From assembly GCA_037379345.1 (NCBI GenBank), contig CM074517.1:18786001-18850000 (forward strand): a stretch of 64,000 nt of DNA, written 5' to 3'. Positions 1-14,500 of the stretch are shown here, in pieces. How positions within the stretch are numbered: the first letter of the stretch is position 1; the number at the start of each line of letters is the position of its first letter. The stretch comes from Perna viridis. Taxonomy: Eukaryota. The translations under genes and the position numbers were made by a program. The notes beneath the pieces are model-generated. The model was not told the DNA's origin. It saw only the letters and a list, made by a program, of their open reading frames with translations, and ran no database searches.

Positions 1-7
1 TAATTTT

Positions 8-703
8 AACAAGAAGTTGTCTAATAATTTTGACTCAAGAAGACTTTGGTAGGACTTATCATAAGGATCATTACCTGGCCTAAGAGATAAAAATGAAAAT
101 TAGACCACAAAATATCTCATTATGCTGAACACTTTTACTCTATGTCAGAATTTGAATCAGAATGGTTGTGGAGAAATATAATAGAAAATCTACAGTCTGA
201 CCCCTATGTTCTATTTTTAGTAACGGTGGCCATGTTTTTTATGGATAAAAAGTCTGATACCCCAAGGAACACTCATGCCAAGTTTGGTTCCAATTGGTCA
301 AATAGTGTGAGGGAAGAAGACTTTTTAAAGAAATAACACTAAAAATTGCAAGAAAACGTTAGAAAAGGGCAATAACTCCTACATGGCTTGGCAGATTAAA
401 ATGAAAATTTGATCACAGATCTCATCATGCTGAACACTTTTACCCATGTCAAAATTTGGCTTAACCTAGCAGTCTGACCCCTATGTTCTATTTTTAGTAA
501 CAGTAGCCATGTTTTTTGATGGATCAAAAATCTAAACAAAAATTTTGTGCAAGATACCATAAGGAACATCTATGCAAAGTTTCATATAATTCTTCTCAGT
601 AGTTTCAGAGAAGATTTTTGAAAAATAGTTAACAGATGACAACAACGACAGACGCCAAGTGATGGCAATAGCTCACTTGGCCTTTGGCCAGGTGAGCTAA
701 AAA
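8..703 (-). mobile_element. Non-autonomous Helentron/DINE-like element (HINE) with internal diverged repeats of about 280-300 bp
   Basis: Minus-strand 5' end TTTTTAGCTCACCTGGCC-AAA-GGCCAAGTGAGCT (13-bp hairpin, 670-698) followed by CGTCTGTCGTTGTTGTC. The block CAGTCTGACCCCTATGTTCTATTTTTAGTAAC occurs at about 194 and 470. Left boundary approximate. Confidence 0.7.
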
Positions 704-1245
704 TCTCAATGGTTTTATGATAATGTACATAACACATTCTTAGTACAGTTTTCCACATTTAGCCTTCATTACACTGAATGAATGTATTTCTGAGATACAA
801 AAAGATGTTCATAGTCCTCATTTGTCAACTTGATACAGGCTGATTATTCAATCAAGTTGAAAAAAACATTCAAACTATTTTTCATAGTAATTATTAATAT
901 CAAAACATTAAAAGTAAAAGAAAAAGTAATTTAACCCGAGTAAATTTAAAAATTAAATGGGCCATAATAAAATAAATTGAAAGAAATATAAACTAAATCC
1001 TTTTGGGAGTGAATACTGTATAGTGGGCAATTTTCATGGGGTGCTAATTTAGGTGTGTTCTAATGGTCTATCTAAGAACGCCAATATAAAATCAGCAAAA
1101 TATTCACTCAGAGCTTAGGTACTTAGAGCAGAGCTTAGCATCCGCCAAAATTAGAATCTGCAAAATTTTTGGCATAGTTTTTTCGTCAAAATCGCCAAAT
1201 TTTACACCTACTAATCAGTTAATTGTTTGAAATAGGCATTATTTT

Positions 1246-1426
1246 TTGGTTTACATTGGTTCTAAATGCATTGAAATTGATATGAAGGGACTTCAAAAGA
1301 TGGCTGGTTTAGACATGTTTCTGGTATATGAAGGGTTTGGTTTACATAAGTTTCCAATTTATGCAGGTATGGGTTTATATAGGTTTCTGGTATATTCAGG
1401 GTTTGGTTTAGACAGGTTTTTCTGTA
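1246..1426. repeat. Short relative of the 33-bp array, ending in a TIR-like GACAGGTTTTTCTGTA
   Basis: 3-4 diverged units GGTTTAGACAGGTTTCTGGTATATTCAGGGTTT. Confidence 0.7.
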
Positions 1427-2654
1427 CACAAATACTTATACATTCATCTTCTTCCGGTTTTCATCCTTTTTATTTTAGAACATTAAAATGCTACTTTTTA
1501 CATTCATACCATCTTCCTAAATGTTTTATCTAATATTACCTGAAACTACAGCAAGGAACAAACTGCATAAATAGAGAGCTTTGGACCTCAGACCATGAAT
1601 AATTTGAACCCTTGTAAAGGTAATGTTATTTTTTCAAACTTTAAATAAAGCATGACCATTCCTCCTAAGACTTAAAAGAATAAGGATGTCTAATATACCA
1701 CATGGAATCAAAAGGGTATTGGAATGGCAACAGGAAGAAATTGCCTTAATGTGCTTCATACTGTGACATGAAGAGACATCTTAGCTATGCTAAATATTCG
1801 GATGTAGAAACTTAGTTACTTAAGCATACTTGTCAGGGTCTAAGCAGCTCTACCATATCTGTACTATGGCCTAGTACTTTTCTGATTTGGATATGTACCT
1901 GACATACACCTTCACCTGATTTTAACAGAATAGTTTGCTACTCATTCTCACAGGAAAACTGTGTGTTAAACATCTAGTTTTGGGATGAGAAGCCTCAATA
2001 GGTATTTCTCAGGCTACTTAGTGTATCATCAGGACTGGTCCAATCTGGTCTTTTGTGGGACTTTATTTATAAAACATTACACAACTTGCCTAACTTTTCT
2101 CAATAAATAACAAGAAAATCTTCCCTCTTATTCAAATTCACTTTTAATGCCTTTGACATGAATAAAGAGCTTTCAACACAATTCAAATTTCACAAAAACC
2201 CTTTAGAATAGAAATGCAATTCATGTAAATGGCACTAAATTTTATTTACAAATATATGTCCTTGTGGGGTGAGCAAAATTGGCAAAATTCCAAGAAGATT
2301 TACAAATTAATTTAGAACAAAAATGATAGTATGGGATAACTTCCAAAATTAAATTCACATAACAATCAGCCAAAGTCATGTTTAATTTCTATATTCAAAG
2401 GATTAGTAAAGATATTTTTACCATGATTCCTAAAGCCAATATTTTTACAATTACTAATAATAACTAATCATTTCTGTAATAAAAGAACCACCAAGCTATG
2501 TAATGTATATTCATATCCCATTACTGAATATAGCCATGCCAACAAACTTTTAAAGACTGTCAAGGAAAGAGGACTGTGACTACAAATCATAGCTGAGAAA
2601 GTTCAATTAATCAATTAAGATAATATGTTCAATAAATATGATAGATTGTCTTAA

Positions 2655-2816
2655 GGTGGTAGACCTAAGGTAAGGGACACAACTCTTACAAATCATTGGT
2701 ATGTTTGTACTCAGCAATTTATATCAATCTTATGTAAGCATCAAAGTAACTTGGATTGATTTCATTCTGTTTCAAATGAAAGCTTGACAGGCTATGGTGA
2801 AATTGAATATGATACA
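2655..2816. mobile_element. Left part of the same Kolobok-like MITE
   Basis: TTAA|GGTGGTAGACCTAAGGTAAGGGACACAACTCTTACAAATCATTGG..., collinear with 44854-45015. Confidence 0.75.
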
Positions 2817-4279
2817 GGTAGGACACCACAATTAATTCCCTATGGTTTTTGTTGTATATGAATATAGTTTGCTAGTAGGTACCTTCCACATTTTTCATAT
2901 TTTTACTAGAAACTTATATGCTGAAGTTTTGCCTCTTATTGGTAGAAAATAGGTAAAAAATACATTGTAACATGGGATTTTTTTTTATTAATCAATTCTG
3001 ACTACAAGTTTGATTCGGTTCAGTAGAAGAAGGTTAAAATTAGGGACTTTTAACTAATTTCATATGTCATGTTTAGCCCATCATAATAAACTGAAGATTT
3101 TTTCCTCTACCTTGCACTTTTGACATTCTGATATTACACTTTGCACTTTGAATAAGAGTTATCTCACTTATTTTCTGAATAATAAAATTTCTTGTATATA
3201 TTCTGACATTTTGATAACTGCAATGCAAGGGATTTGTTTTCTTTGAATCCGTTTCAAGCCTTATATTCATTTATATTCATCTGTAGCAACAAAATACCTT
3301 GGTGAGTAAGATTACCCACACCATTAAAAATTGAGTAAGCTCTTGAGGAGTTTTCCTGGAAATAAAACCCTATGTGAGAAATGATAAAGTAACTGAAAGG
3401 TTCAACGACAAATCAAAATATCAGACTTAAGACTTTTCAACAATTACATACAATGAGTTATGAGAAAAGATCTATACAAGTTGTGTCATTTTTCACTTAT
3501 CTAAATACCCTCTATCTAAATATTATATCAACCAGGGATTTTAATTCACAACAAATTGTTCTATTAAAATCAAAAGGATTTATAAAGTGATATTTTATTT
3601 GACCAAATTACAATTCTATATCCCGACCTTTATATATGAAAAATGTAAATAAATCAGATTTACATCAATAATAGCTCAATATAGGATATTTCATAACTTG
3701 TTATACCAATGTTCATTATATACAACTCTCTCTTCAATGTTCCATGTACTATAGCAGCATAGTATTAATAAAAAAAAAAGCTTTAAAGTGCAATTTCTTC
3801 ACAAATCTACACAGTGTATGTATCATCAGAAGAACCACACTGGACAAAAGTTCATAAAAATAGGGTTAAATTTTATCCTTATGATTCAAAGGCCACAGAA
3901 CAAACAAATATAATCCTTGTAAGACAAAACCTGAAAAATTTGGAGATTATGGTAATTCCTTAAACATGCCTTTCCAAGGCTACAAGTTAAATGACATGAT
4001 TTGAAGATTGAACTTGAGTGTAATATAAATATTCATCAATAACTATCAAGATAGAGTCACTTTGGTTTACATCTCCAAAATATAAAGTCTACCTCAAAAC
4101 ATATCACTGTTTAAGAGTAGTTTTTGTATGTAATAAACCATGATTCAGCATTTTATTATTGAAGTCACCAGGACTCTGATTCATAAAGAATCTCAAATTG
4201 AGATTTTCCTCAAATCCTTCCTCAGTTCATATTTCTATCAATCAAATTGAAATTGAATATTTGAGGACAGACTCGTTAA

Positions 4280-4539
4280 TGAAACCCAGGCCCGGTTATT
4301 TAAAGCATATTTTAGTGTTTCTAGAAAAGCAGAGGACGCTTACCCTACCAGTGCACTAGGTCCATGCTCCCAGTTTTTAGTGGAGTCCAAGTTGCTCATT
4401 TACTTTTGTTACTTTGTATGTATGATTTTAGTTACTTTATGTTCTTTGTTGTGTATGTCTGTTTTCCATGTCTGGTCTTTGTCCCTGGATTACATTCTTT
4501 TGATTACCGCTATAACCTTGGTTCCCTTGATTACTCTTT
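4280..4539. repeat. Unclassified dispersed repeat, longest of three copies
   Basis: The right-hand ~90 bp (TGTTTTCCATGTCTGGTCTTTGTCCCTGGATTAC...CTTGGTTCCCTTGATTACTCTT) recurs at 28161 and 38696. Left boundary approximate. Confidence 0.75.
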
Positions 4540-4869
4540 AACAAATGAAGAAAAGTAAAATGCATCATCCCATTTTCTGTTTAAGTCAATATATATAAAC
4601 ACATGCAACTTGTAGTCATATGTCCTCCTTAGCTGCAAAAAAAAATAGAAGTGGAAAAGTCTTGTCAAATCTAAATGGTGGCACAATATGATCAACTACA
4701 ATCCCACAACATTTGAACAAAATCTGTCAAAAGGTTTCGAAGGAGTTGTGTCCACAAGTGTGACCAGAAGGACACAGGTATTTCTACATCGCCTTCCATG
4801 TAGCGAAGGGGGGAAAAAATTAAAGTACTTACACACCAAATGAATCAATAGTGAATGAAACCACTGCAG

Positions 4870-4873
<4 letters not shown>

Positions 4874-4910
<37 letters not shown>
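4874..4910. repeat. Poly(A)37 tract
   Basis: Direct read. Confidence 0.95.
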
Positions 4911-4911
<1 letters not shown>

Positions 4912-5491
4912 AGTTAAGAAGGCAAAATACATGTAAGGTACTAGTTAAAAAAATTGGCCCTTTACACAGTCATTAAAAGTCTGTATCTGTATCATTAATT
5001 ATTTATCATCCCATGTATTAGGTCCTTTAAAGGGTATCAACTGCTATGATAAGTGAAATCAATGAATCCAGATTACTTACTTGTGAATAGATTCAAAAAA
5101 GTAAACCAAGACTCAAGATAAGAAAAGAAAACAATCCTGTACAGCTATCTGCCCAATCAATATCTATAGAATTAGTAGAAATTTAGTAGGCTGCAACTGA
5201 AGGAGGTAACAACCTTAATAAATCAATGATAAAAAAAAAGGTCCAAACTTTGATCTTAATTAGCAATTATTTACTGTAACGAAGAATAGTATAGCATTCA
5301 TTAAACATCATATGATGAAGAAAATGTGTACTAAATTTCATTGTTATGTCATAGAATAAAGAGCTGCAATGTGAACATAAAGCTTGAACAAATGACAGAC
5401 AAACAGACCAACTGACACACGAGCCTTACACAAATTTTGACTATGAAACAAGTTTGAAAAGGCTGCCAGTATATGTTTATAAGGCCTTTAC

Positions 5492-5575
5492 CTGAAAGTT
5501 TTGGAGCTTTCCGTTTGACAGCAGATTTGGACCTTTTAGATGACTCATCTCTTCTTCTATCTTCTTCATCTGAAC
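5492..5575 (-). CDS. CEP350: CEP350 exon, 84 nt, phase 1-1: (G)SDEEDRRRDESSKRSKSAVKRKAPKLS
   Basis: Acceptor ttttttttccag, donor CAG|gtaaag, open frame. Last exon found in the window. Confidence 0.87.
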
Positions 5576-8500
5576 CTGGAAAAAAAACATAATTAACTTG
5601 ACTAGTTGATATTTAATATGAGTTGCCTATGAGGGACGAAGCTGTTTGTTCTCAAATAAAATATGACCTTGTTGATAATGCACCACTACATTTTTATATC
5701 GTTTGACCAACCGAAATATTTTAAGACTTCCTAAAACATGTGTGAGCCATTCATATTTCAGAAGATCGATATGTCTAGGATGTCGCCTTTGCTCTGTCTC
5801 TGTATCATTAAGGTTTCCCAATAGGTTTCCCAAGCAAATCAAGAAAACTTCCAAATTCAACACTGTCCAGCAAATAAAGAAAACTTCCAAATTTAACACT
5901 GCCCAGCTCACTGCTATTACCCAAGTACAGAAAAGTAAGGGATTAAAACTAGAGGAGGTCCATGACCTATCTTATTTTGAAAACACCACTTACATTTGGA
6001 TTACCCATGACCAGGACCATCCACAATTTTTATACCAATTGTCCAGAGAGGACTCCCAATTTTGATTGGATATGTCTTAAGCATCATGAGTGTGCATATT
6101 CATTATGCACATTTATTTTTTGTAAATGATGTGACCCCATCCACAAAAAAAAGATTTCTCATCCTGATGTGTGGTGTAATCAACAACTAAATGACTGAAT
6201 AGTCAAGTTCAGCAGTTTTGGTCAGTCTAAATCAAATTACATACATTTGCCTAGTGACAAAAGGTGCCTAAAAAGTTAGCTTAGATATAGGTCTTTTTTT
6301 AAATTATTGTATCGTCAAGTGGGTACTGTTTATGTGGGAAATGGGAATGCACCATTACTATAGCCAAGACTTCTGGCAAAGGTCAAACACAATTCTCAAT
6401 CTACATTAAACTTGGTTAGGCTCCAACAGATAATTTATATTGGGAAATCAGCCAATTTACAATTGTCAAATATCACCATTAAAACTTGTTTGCCCCGTTT
6501 TACATATAATTATCATCGATCTCTGAAAAATAACTTATCAGTCCTGTGTAACTTTCTAGACTGAAAATGTCTGGAATTTAAAGTCATAATCTTCACAAGA
6601 TTAATCTAATAAACAACACATTTACATATGATATAACACAGAAATGTTTAACTGCCCTGTTAAGTATATCAAATTCAATATTTGGCCATGCTGTAGTCAC
6701 ATGATTCTCGTATGTTTCTGATCCATATATTCACAGAAACCATATTGATTTCACGAGAACTTAGATTGTATACGACAAAGAAGGGCTTTAGCTTTCTCTA
6801 CTCTATATGCAACATTGTGTGATAGAAAAGCAGTTACTCGATGCATAACAAGCATAGAGAATAGAATAAAAATTTAAAATTGGATAAAAACATACCCATT
6901 TAAATGGAAAGCCACAATGATCACAAGCAAAGAAAAGATATAAATTCTTATTGAAAAGGTCAAAGGTCCAGTACATGGAGTTCATGTATGAATCTAGTTT
7001 TCCAAGAATCAAAATGAAGACAATTTTAGCAATGACCTTCACAACAAATTGCAACTTAGTCTTACATCACTATGACACTGTCCACAAGGTCAAAACACCA
7101 TTTATATTTCACTCTTATTTTGCTAAAACAACTCCAATAATAAAACTGTCAGTGATATTCAGATACAACAATGTCAAAAAGGAAATTTTATTGATTTCAA
7201 AAGATTTACAGCTTTATCTTCCTAGCACTTGCCAATCTTTAAAAATATTGCAACACCCAGGACAAGTCAAGGACAATAACTGACCAGGCAGCAGAATCAA
7301 TTACTATTATAAATAAGAATCAGGCAATAATAATGTGCACACCACTGGCACAGAATGATGCTTACAATATCTTGCTAAAGAATACAAATATGATGTTCCT
7401 AATCAAGTGAGAAGTGAAGTTAATTTTGGTACCGCTGTACTTCAATGTAAAGATGAAAAATAAAAACACAATGGGTAGTTCAATTGGATAAGCCTAAGCA
7501 TTCATCATCAAGTTGTATTTGTCACTGGTGAACAGAAGTGATGATTTATAAAATCATTGGTACAATCTGTCATGCTGAAACTGCTATAATAAAAATTCAT
7601 ACAACCAATGTCTTTTTATAAAAACCAACAGTCACCAGATCAAAGTTTTGCTAGCTTTTCAAGAAAATCTGTGTTATTTCTTCACAGTACACAAACCAGA
7701 TCATAGGAGAATTTTTTATCAATACATGTGATTTTAAAAAGTTCATGATAGATCTTTTGATGATGTACTGAAGTTGGCAACATCTGTGTGAAGAACTGTG
7801 ATGACCTTTGTCTCTAGATATCAATATAAACCAATAAAAGTTCAAAGAGCAATCTGATCCCTGTTAAAAATCTACTTTCTTTTACATTTGATGTAAAACA
7901 CTTTAATCTAGTAATGTTTTCATTTTTAATGCAATAGTTCTCATGTTATGGCCATATTGGTTAAGTTTATGTTTAGTAAAATTTGTGGGTATGAAAAAAA
8001 TGCCATATACACTTATGAAGCTGTTACTTAATGTGCCCAAATGACGACAGCAAGTCTACAAATATTTTAAAATTTAAAAAAAAAACAGACATGCATAACA
8101 CAACTTGAAGAATACTTCAACTGTAAATAATTGTATAGATCAAACGAGTTTTCATTGATCTTTCTTTTTCATACAGAACTATAATGGGAAGAAACTTAGT
8201 AAGCCTGAAGCTTGACAACCCTTTGGCTTCAGTAATGTTATCAATGATCAGTCATTTTCAAATATCAAAATACTTGAAAACAGTCATCTAATGCTTCAGC
8301 ATCGAAATATTGACTGTAACTTACCAGCATTTAAATCACTAAGTATTCTTCTGGTCTCCGCCGATAAAACTCTAGCCTTCTCCAACTCTATGTCTGTTGC
8401 AGTTTTTCTCTGTGGCAGCTCATTCTCCTCGACTCCACCTATGGCACCATCAGGTATTGATGAACCCTTATCATGGTCTGTCAAGAGAAAAAAATTCATG

Positions 8501-11500
8501 AAATAAACTGATTACACACATGGTTTTAAATGGCAAATTTCACTTGAAATACCAACAACTGCATTAACTGTACCACACTTTTAATAACATTTGCTCTGGG
8601 TATTATTAGATCTTGTGTTATCTTGCAAAGATACAGACTTCAGAACAAAGCTCTTACTCTTACTGTTCAATCATGGGTGAGAAATAGCAAAGCAATGTCA
8701 TAAAAGCAAAGTATAACCACAGTTCCAGGTAACATACCATATTCCCCCTCCCCAAGCCATTTCCTATTAATACATAACTTTAGGGTAAGATAGACTTCGA
8801 TCTATGAAGAGAGATGACTAATGAGTTGACCTCTTAACCTTGTACTGTTCTTGTGGCCTCAATAATAGATGCACAGCCTACAGGTCAGACTAGGGCAGGC
8901 TATTTAGCTAGGAAAAAGGTTATGATGTCAAAAACACCTACAAGCTTTACAATTTTATGACAAAGACTATTCTAAACTCAAATGTCAAACCTTTTCATTT
9001 CAAGACATTCAAATTCAATTTTTATAAACCATTTAATTGATCTATTATCAAAAAGATTAAGTTGTATAATAGGTGGCTTTTTGGTCCCTATATACTCCAG
9101 TGGAGATTAACAGCATGTTATAAAATTCTTTTTGACAGGTATATATAGTTATAAAAAAAGAGATGAGTTAGCGAATCCATGTTACAAAGAAAATGGACTT
9201 AAGTTAAGGGCAGAATGTGCGTCAAATTTCAATTATAGCAGAACTCTTATTTATCTAAATAATAAAGAGGTCTTTTGATTCTATCTTTTCAACATTATTT
9301 TTGACCTGAAATTAAATTTATCGTTTCAATCTAATAATTATATAATAAAAGTTTTTTCAATGTGATTATACCAGCCGAAAGGGTTTATAAAAAGAATCTA
9401 TTTAGTTAATACATTTAATTTGTGAAAATATTCAGTGGGTATTGTTATAGGCAGCCTAAGTGATAGGATCAAGGGAATGTACCATTTCATAGTTAGCTAA
9501 ATTGGACTTCTTATTATCAAGCAAAACAATCTATATATAGTATACGATGAATTCCTACAGTTATTCCTTACTATGACAGTTATGCTGCATAGTAAAATAT
9601 AGATACAATTAGATGTATTGTAAGTAAAGATCACTTATTGATACCCCCTGCATCCCATTTTGCATATGAAACATATACAGGGGTTGGGAAGGCAAGGGGC
9701 CATGAGGCATTTGCCTTTTCTAACAGAAAATGGCCTCTTCACATAAAATAAATGTATATGGTTTGTTAACAAATGGCCACTTCAAATTTAGAATACTTTT
9801 CCAAAATCCTAAAAATGACCCCTTCACAAAATTTTTTCCCAACTACTGCATATATGCATCATGAAATCCTAACTGCCATTCGGATGAAAAAGAAAATAGG
9901 TGGAAACTGGTATCATATGATAAATAGTATGGGAAAGTTTCATCAAATTCCATTGTGCAGTTTTCGAATGAGTGTTCTCACTTTATTACCTTGTTGGGAA
10001 GTCTGTGAAGTTCTCCTACTTTTAAGAGGTCCAAGTTCCCTCATAACTAACTCTTGTCCTGCTCGCCATGAAGATGTTGTGATGATTTCTACATCAGATA
10101 AAAAAAATTGAAAATTAGAAGAGAACTACATGCTACATTAAAAACAGGGCCTTTACTATATGGATACAACACCAAAAGAAAGTATTATTCAAATAATCCT
10201 TATATTTCTATGTTGTATCCTCTGCTCAAATCTTTATTGATCGTAAAGAACCAACAAATCTGTTGTGTGTTTCAAGGGGACAATGGCTAAAAGTCTTCGG
10301 CAAATATTTCGCTGACCCTTTGAAATTCAATGATGTCTATAGTATTGAACAAACTTTGATGAAAGTATAACAACCAAAGGCAAAATCATAGATAATTGAA
10401 GCACTGTCTAATTAACAATACCATTTTTTTTCTGTTTATTGGTCTCTTTCTTGTTAGCCTTGGCAATCACTCTAACAATTTTCTTATCCTTCTCTTCCTC
10501 GTCTTTATGGAATGGCTCTGAAAAAAAAAAAAAAAAAAAAAAAATTTTTACACTTTCAGGAAATCATGAAATAAGGTCCATGCATTAAAAACTCCTTAAC
10601 TTTAAATATTCGTTAAATGTCAATAGTGGCAGTGAAGTAAAATCGATGATTATCAAAGATGGAATTAAATTGAAAATCTTTAAAAGGTCAAAGGGCAATG
10701 TGACTTGAGGAAGTTGAAAGATGAAAGATCCCCAAAACTCCAAAATATTAAAGTGGAAAAGGGTCATAACTCCTTCTTAATGATTAATGCTATTTACACC
10801 ATAACTTACTTGACTTGTATATTACAGTCCAAAGCATTGTGTTAAAGTTTGATAAGATGGGTTGAGCAGTAAATTACCATAAAATAACAAGTACGACAGA
10901 ATAACAGAAAAATACATGGACACACTAAAGGACCACTCTATACCATGGGCATGAAAAAGGATAACCTAAAGAATAATTCACCAAGGAGACAAAGGCAAAC
11001 ACATGAAAAATTAGATAAATGGACCACAAATTCAACCACACAAAAAAAAAACAAAACAAAACAAAACAAAAAACAAAAAACAGGCACATATATCAGGTGC
11101 ACTAGTATGACAAAGGCAATTATTACATGTAATATAAACCACTCATCATATTTTTTTTTAATACTGAATTCCATAGCCGCTTTGAACTAAGTATCCTCGA
11201 ACTTCACACCTACAAAGAATTTGTAATCAACAAAACATATCTAAGACATTCTTATGTAAGTTGTAACTTGAAGAGATATTAATATCAGTTTGAAGAACTT
11301 CTTAATTGAATTGATTTCTGTAATTTATAGTACATGAAAGAACCAACTGGTCCAAACAATACAGACATGCACCTTTGTTACCAAGTGTATCAAGTTTCAT
11401 TCTGAGAATCCTCAAAAGTAACTTTTATTATATAATCAAAAGTTATCGAGTCTGTCATTAAAGATTAATAATTATAGGAAGAGATTTCAAGTATGTGGGA

Positions 11501-14500
11501 TAATAAAACAGGCAAATCGTATGATCCCAGCCAATACCGTTCTTTTGAAAACGCCATATAACAGCATGTAATAACATCAATTTTTGCAGTAGTCAATCCT
11601 GTTTTACACTTATAGAGATTTTAATTCTTCTAAGCTGTAGATAATCTATGAAAATTCATGCTGCATTGAACATGTTGTATTCATACATATAGCACAGTCA
11701 TCAGAGTTTCTCTGAATCTTTAAATAAAAACTTAAAAAAAAACCTATGGATTGTTTCCATGTTATGGATTTTTAAGTTAATGATATAGTTCTTACTAAAG
11801 CTGCGAACTAGATATGTCTCAAGGAGTAATGAACTATTAGATAAGTAAAACCTGTTATCCTCTGGAAGATACAATGTACATTATTTAATACTGAATTAGG
11901 CCACAACAGAAATTAATTGTAGAAGAAGGTACAGACTGAAATATTAGTTTCATGGTTGACGAGCAGAAATTGGTCATTGTAACATATATCCTGAAAAGTT
12001 GATTTCAGCATACTCAGGATGAAACATATAACAGGATGAGGCTCAGGAATTAGTGGCTATGATATTTCTTGTCTCAACAGGATGAGGCTCAGGAATTAGT
12101 GGCTATGATATTTCTTGTCTGAACAGCAAGTTTTTCTCCTAAGGAAAGTGTGAAAAACATTTTTAGATGTATTTTTGATGAGTTTGATTCTTAATAAAGA
12201 GTTTTTTTTTTTTACCTGGAGTCTTCTGGGATTTTACTGCAGGTTTCTTCTTTTTGTCTTTTTTCTTAGCATCTTTTATCGGTTTGACCTCTGTGTGTTT
12301 GTATTTGACCTCTGTTTCACTAAAACCTTAAATACATTGAAAGGTCAGATTATAGGTGACTACATAGAAAACCAAAGACTCAGTTTTGAACTTTGTGCTA
12401 TTTTTTTTAAATCTTATTTGACTATCACTACAAAAAGCATTATTAAAAACAGATATAAGATACATGAAAAAGAACACAACTACACTACATTCAATGAGAG
12501 CATAATTATTACACGTCTTAAACAAGTCTTTCCTCACTTCATTTTATGTACAGTCAAACCTGATATAGGGACCATCTCTATTCAGCAATATACTGTCTTA
12601 ACTATAATAAAAATATCCCCACGTAGAGCATTCTTTTTTTTTAAATGGACTTGTATATAAATACCACCTGTGACCATTGTTTTGCTCTACCTTGGAAGGC
12701 CACTTAACACAGGAATGTAGATTGTCTTCAGTACAAGTGAGTAACCTTTGTAACCTTGTCTTGAGTACAAGTAAGTAACCTCGGTAACCTTGTCTTGAGT
12801 ACAAGTAATTAACCTAGGTAACCTTGTCTTGAGTACAAGTAATTAACTTAGTTAACCTTGTGTTGAGTACAAGTAAGTAACCTAGGTAACTTCATCTTGA
12901 GTACAAGTAACCTAGGTAACCTTGTCTTGAGTACAAGTAAGTAACCTAGGTAACCTGATCTTGAGTACAAGTAAGTAACTTAGGTAACTGCTGAGCAAAA
13001 ACAAGTCTTGGCACACTTCCATGTCATTTGACAGCTAGCAATGTGCCAATTCTGGAAAGTACATCTGTAGTTAAACAAACCAATGAAGACTGGCATACCA
13101 TAACTTTATAACAACCAGTTTTATTTGATATATTTGTGGTTGCAAAAGGAAGCCAGCCAAACACATAAAAAATAAAGGAAATTATCAAAAATTAAGCACA
13201 AATGAAGATATTAATGAGGAAGTTATAAGATAGTCTTTCATAAAGGCAAGCTAGACTCTAAATCCTAGGCCTACCACAGTCAATAAGGCATTCTATAGAA
13301 AACAACAGAATTAGCATGGAAACATTGGAGACACACAACCACATATTCTTTGAAGATGTCTTAATGTGATGCTAATCTAGTTAATGAAAGGAAACAGCTT
13401 TCATTAGATGTCGTGTATTCTACCTGATTACTCATAGAATGACAAGTTCATGTAACCAGATTAAAATCCATTCAATGTTATTTATTGCAGCACCATTAGC
13501 TATTTCTAATGTTACTGTCACAAAAAATTACTATCCGATGTAATCAGAATATCAATTGCCAAGGCTCTAATTTCTGAATTATTTTGTCTTTTTTTCTCAA
13601 TTAAGTTCGTCTTTTGCCAGGTATTGAAAAAAAATGGCTATTACAATCCAACTTAAAAGTAAATTGAGATGTAACTGATTGAATGATTTCTAGGGTTATC
13701 AATAAGGCTCTTTTTTATCTGCAACCAGAGTTTGCATTTACAAAAACCATTAAACAGTATTTTTGTTACACAGGAAAATCTTTGAAAACAGGCTATTTTT
13801 TCCTTAGTAGAACTATTTCAAAATTTCAAACAAGGTTTCCCAAAAAATACAATTACGTACATCATTTTTAACACACAAGTTGATTAATAAATACCTTTGT
13901 AAGTTGGAGCTGGTGGTGCTGCAGCTACTTTTCTTTTTGGGTGTTTGTCTATACCATCCATTGGAAAGTCATGTGATCTAGCATGGACTGGATCATTATC
14001 ATTATGTAGTGCCCTGTGAGGTTCCAAGTTAAAATTCATATCTGCACCACCAAATGCATAACTGTCTCCATTCTCTTTATTTTCTAAAAAAAAAAAACAA
14101 TAATAAAAGGTACATTATTAATTAATTGGTTTTTTTTTTAAATAAAAGTTTATAAACACATCCACATGGAGCAGCGACTGAATAAGGTTATTCTGTGGAA
14201 CATTTTAGGGACACTGAGAAGACAAAAATAATAGCTTTCTTAACAAAACCACATGACGATTCCGTGCAATACTTCTTCAGTAGGTGCTTTTAACTTGTTA
14301 GCTCATAGACAAAACAATTCAATTTCAATACACTTTAAATTCTTAACTTTTCACCAGCCAAAATAGTTTTTACTACTTGTCTAGGAAGAAATGACTGAAA
14401 GCAGACTGTTTTACTAAGAATCAAGAGGTTAAATTTTGTATCATCAAAACTCATATCTTCCTTATGCAGTTCTGACATGAGCACCAACTTCACTATATTA

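Noticed and set aside
1540-1562. Possible tiny minus-strand exon ending at CAG|GTAATA
   Set aside because: Only 6- or 23-nt options exist, with no homology support; the next CEP350 exon probably lies left of the window.
12175-12660. 161-aa plus-strand ORF (also 9773..10111, 8291..8506, 33769..34026)
   Set aside because: These are antisense shadows of real minus-strand exons extended into AT-rich intron.
12722-12989. CRISPR-like appearance of the 30-36 bp repeats (also 23039, 32021, 61498)
   Set aside because: Units are head-to-tail with no unique spacers, there are no cas genes, and the context is a eukaryotic intron.
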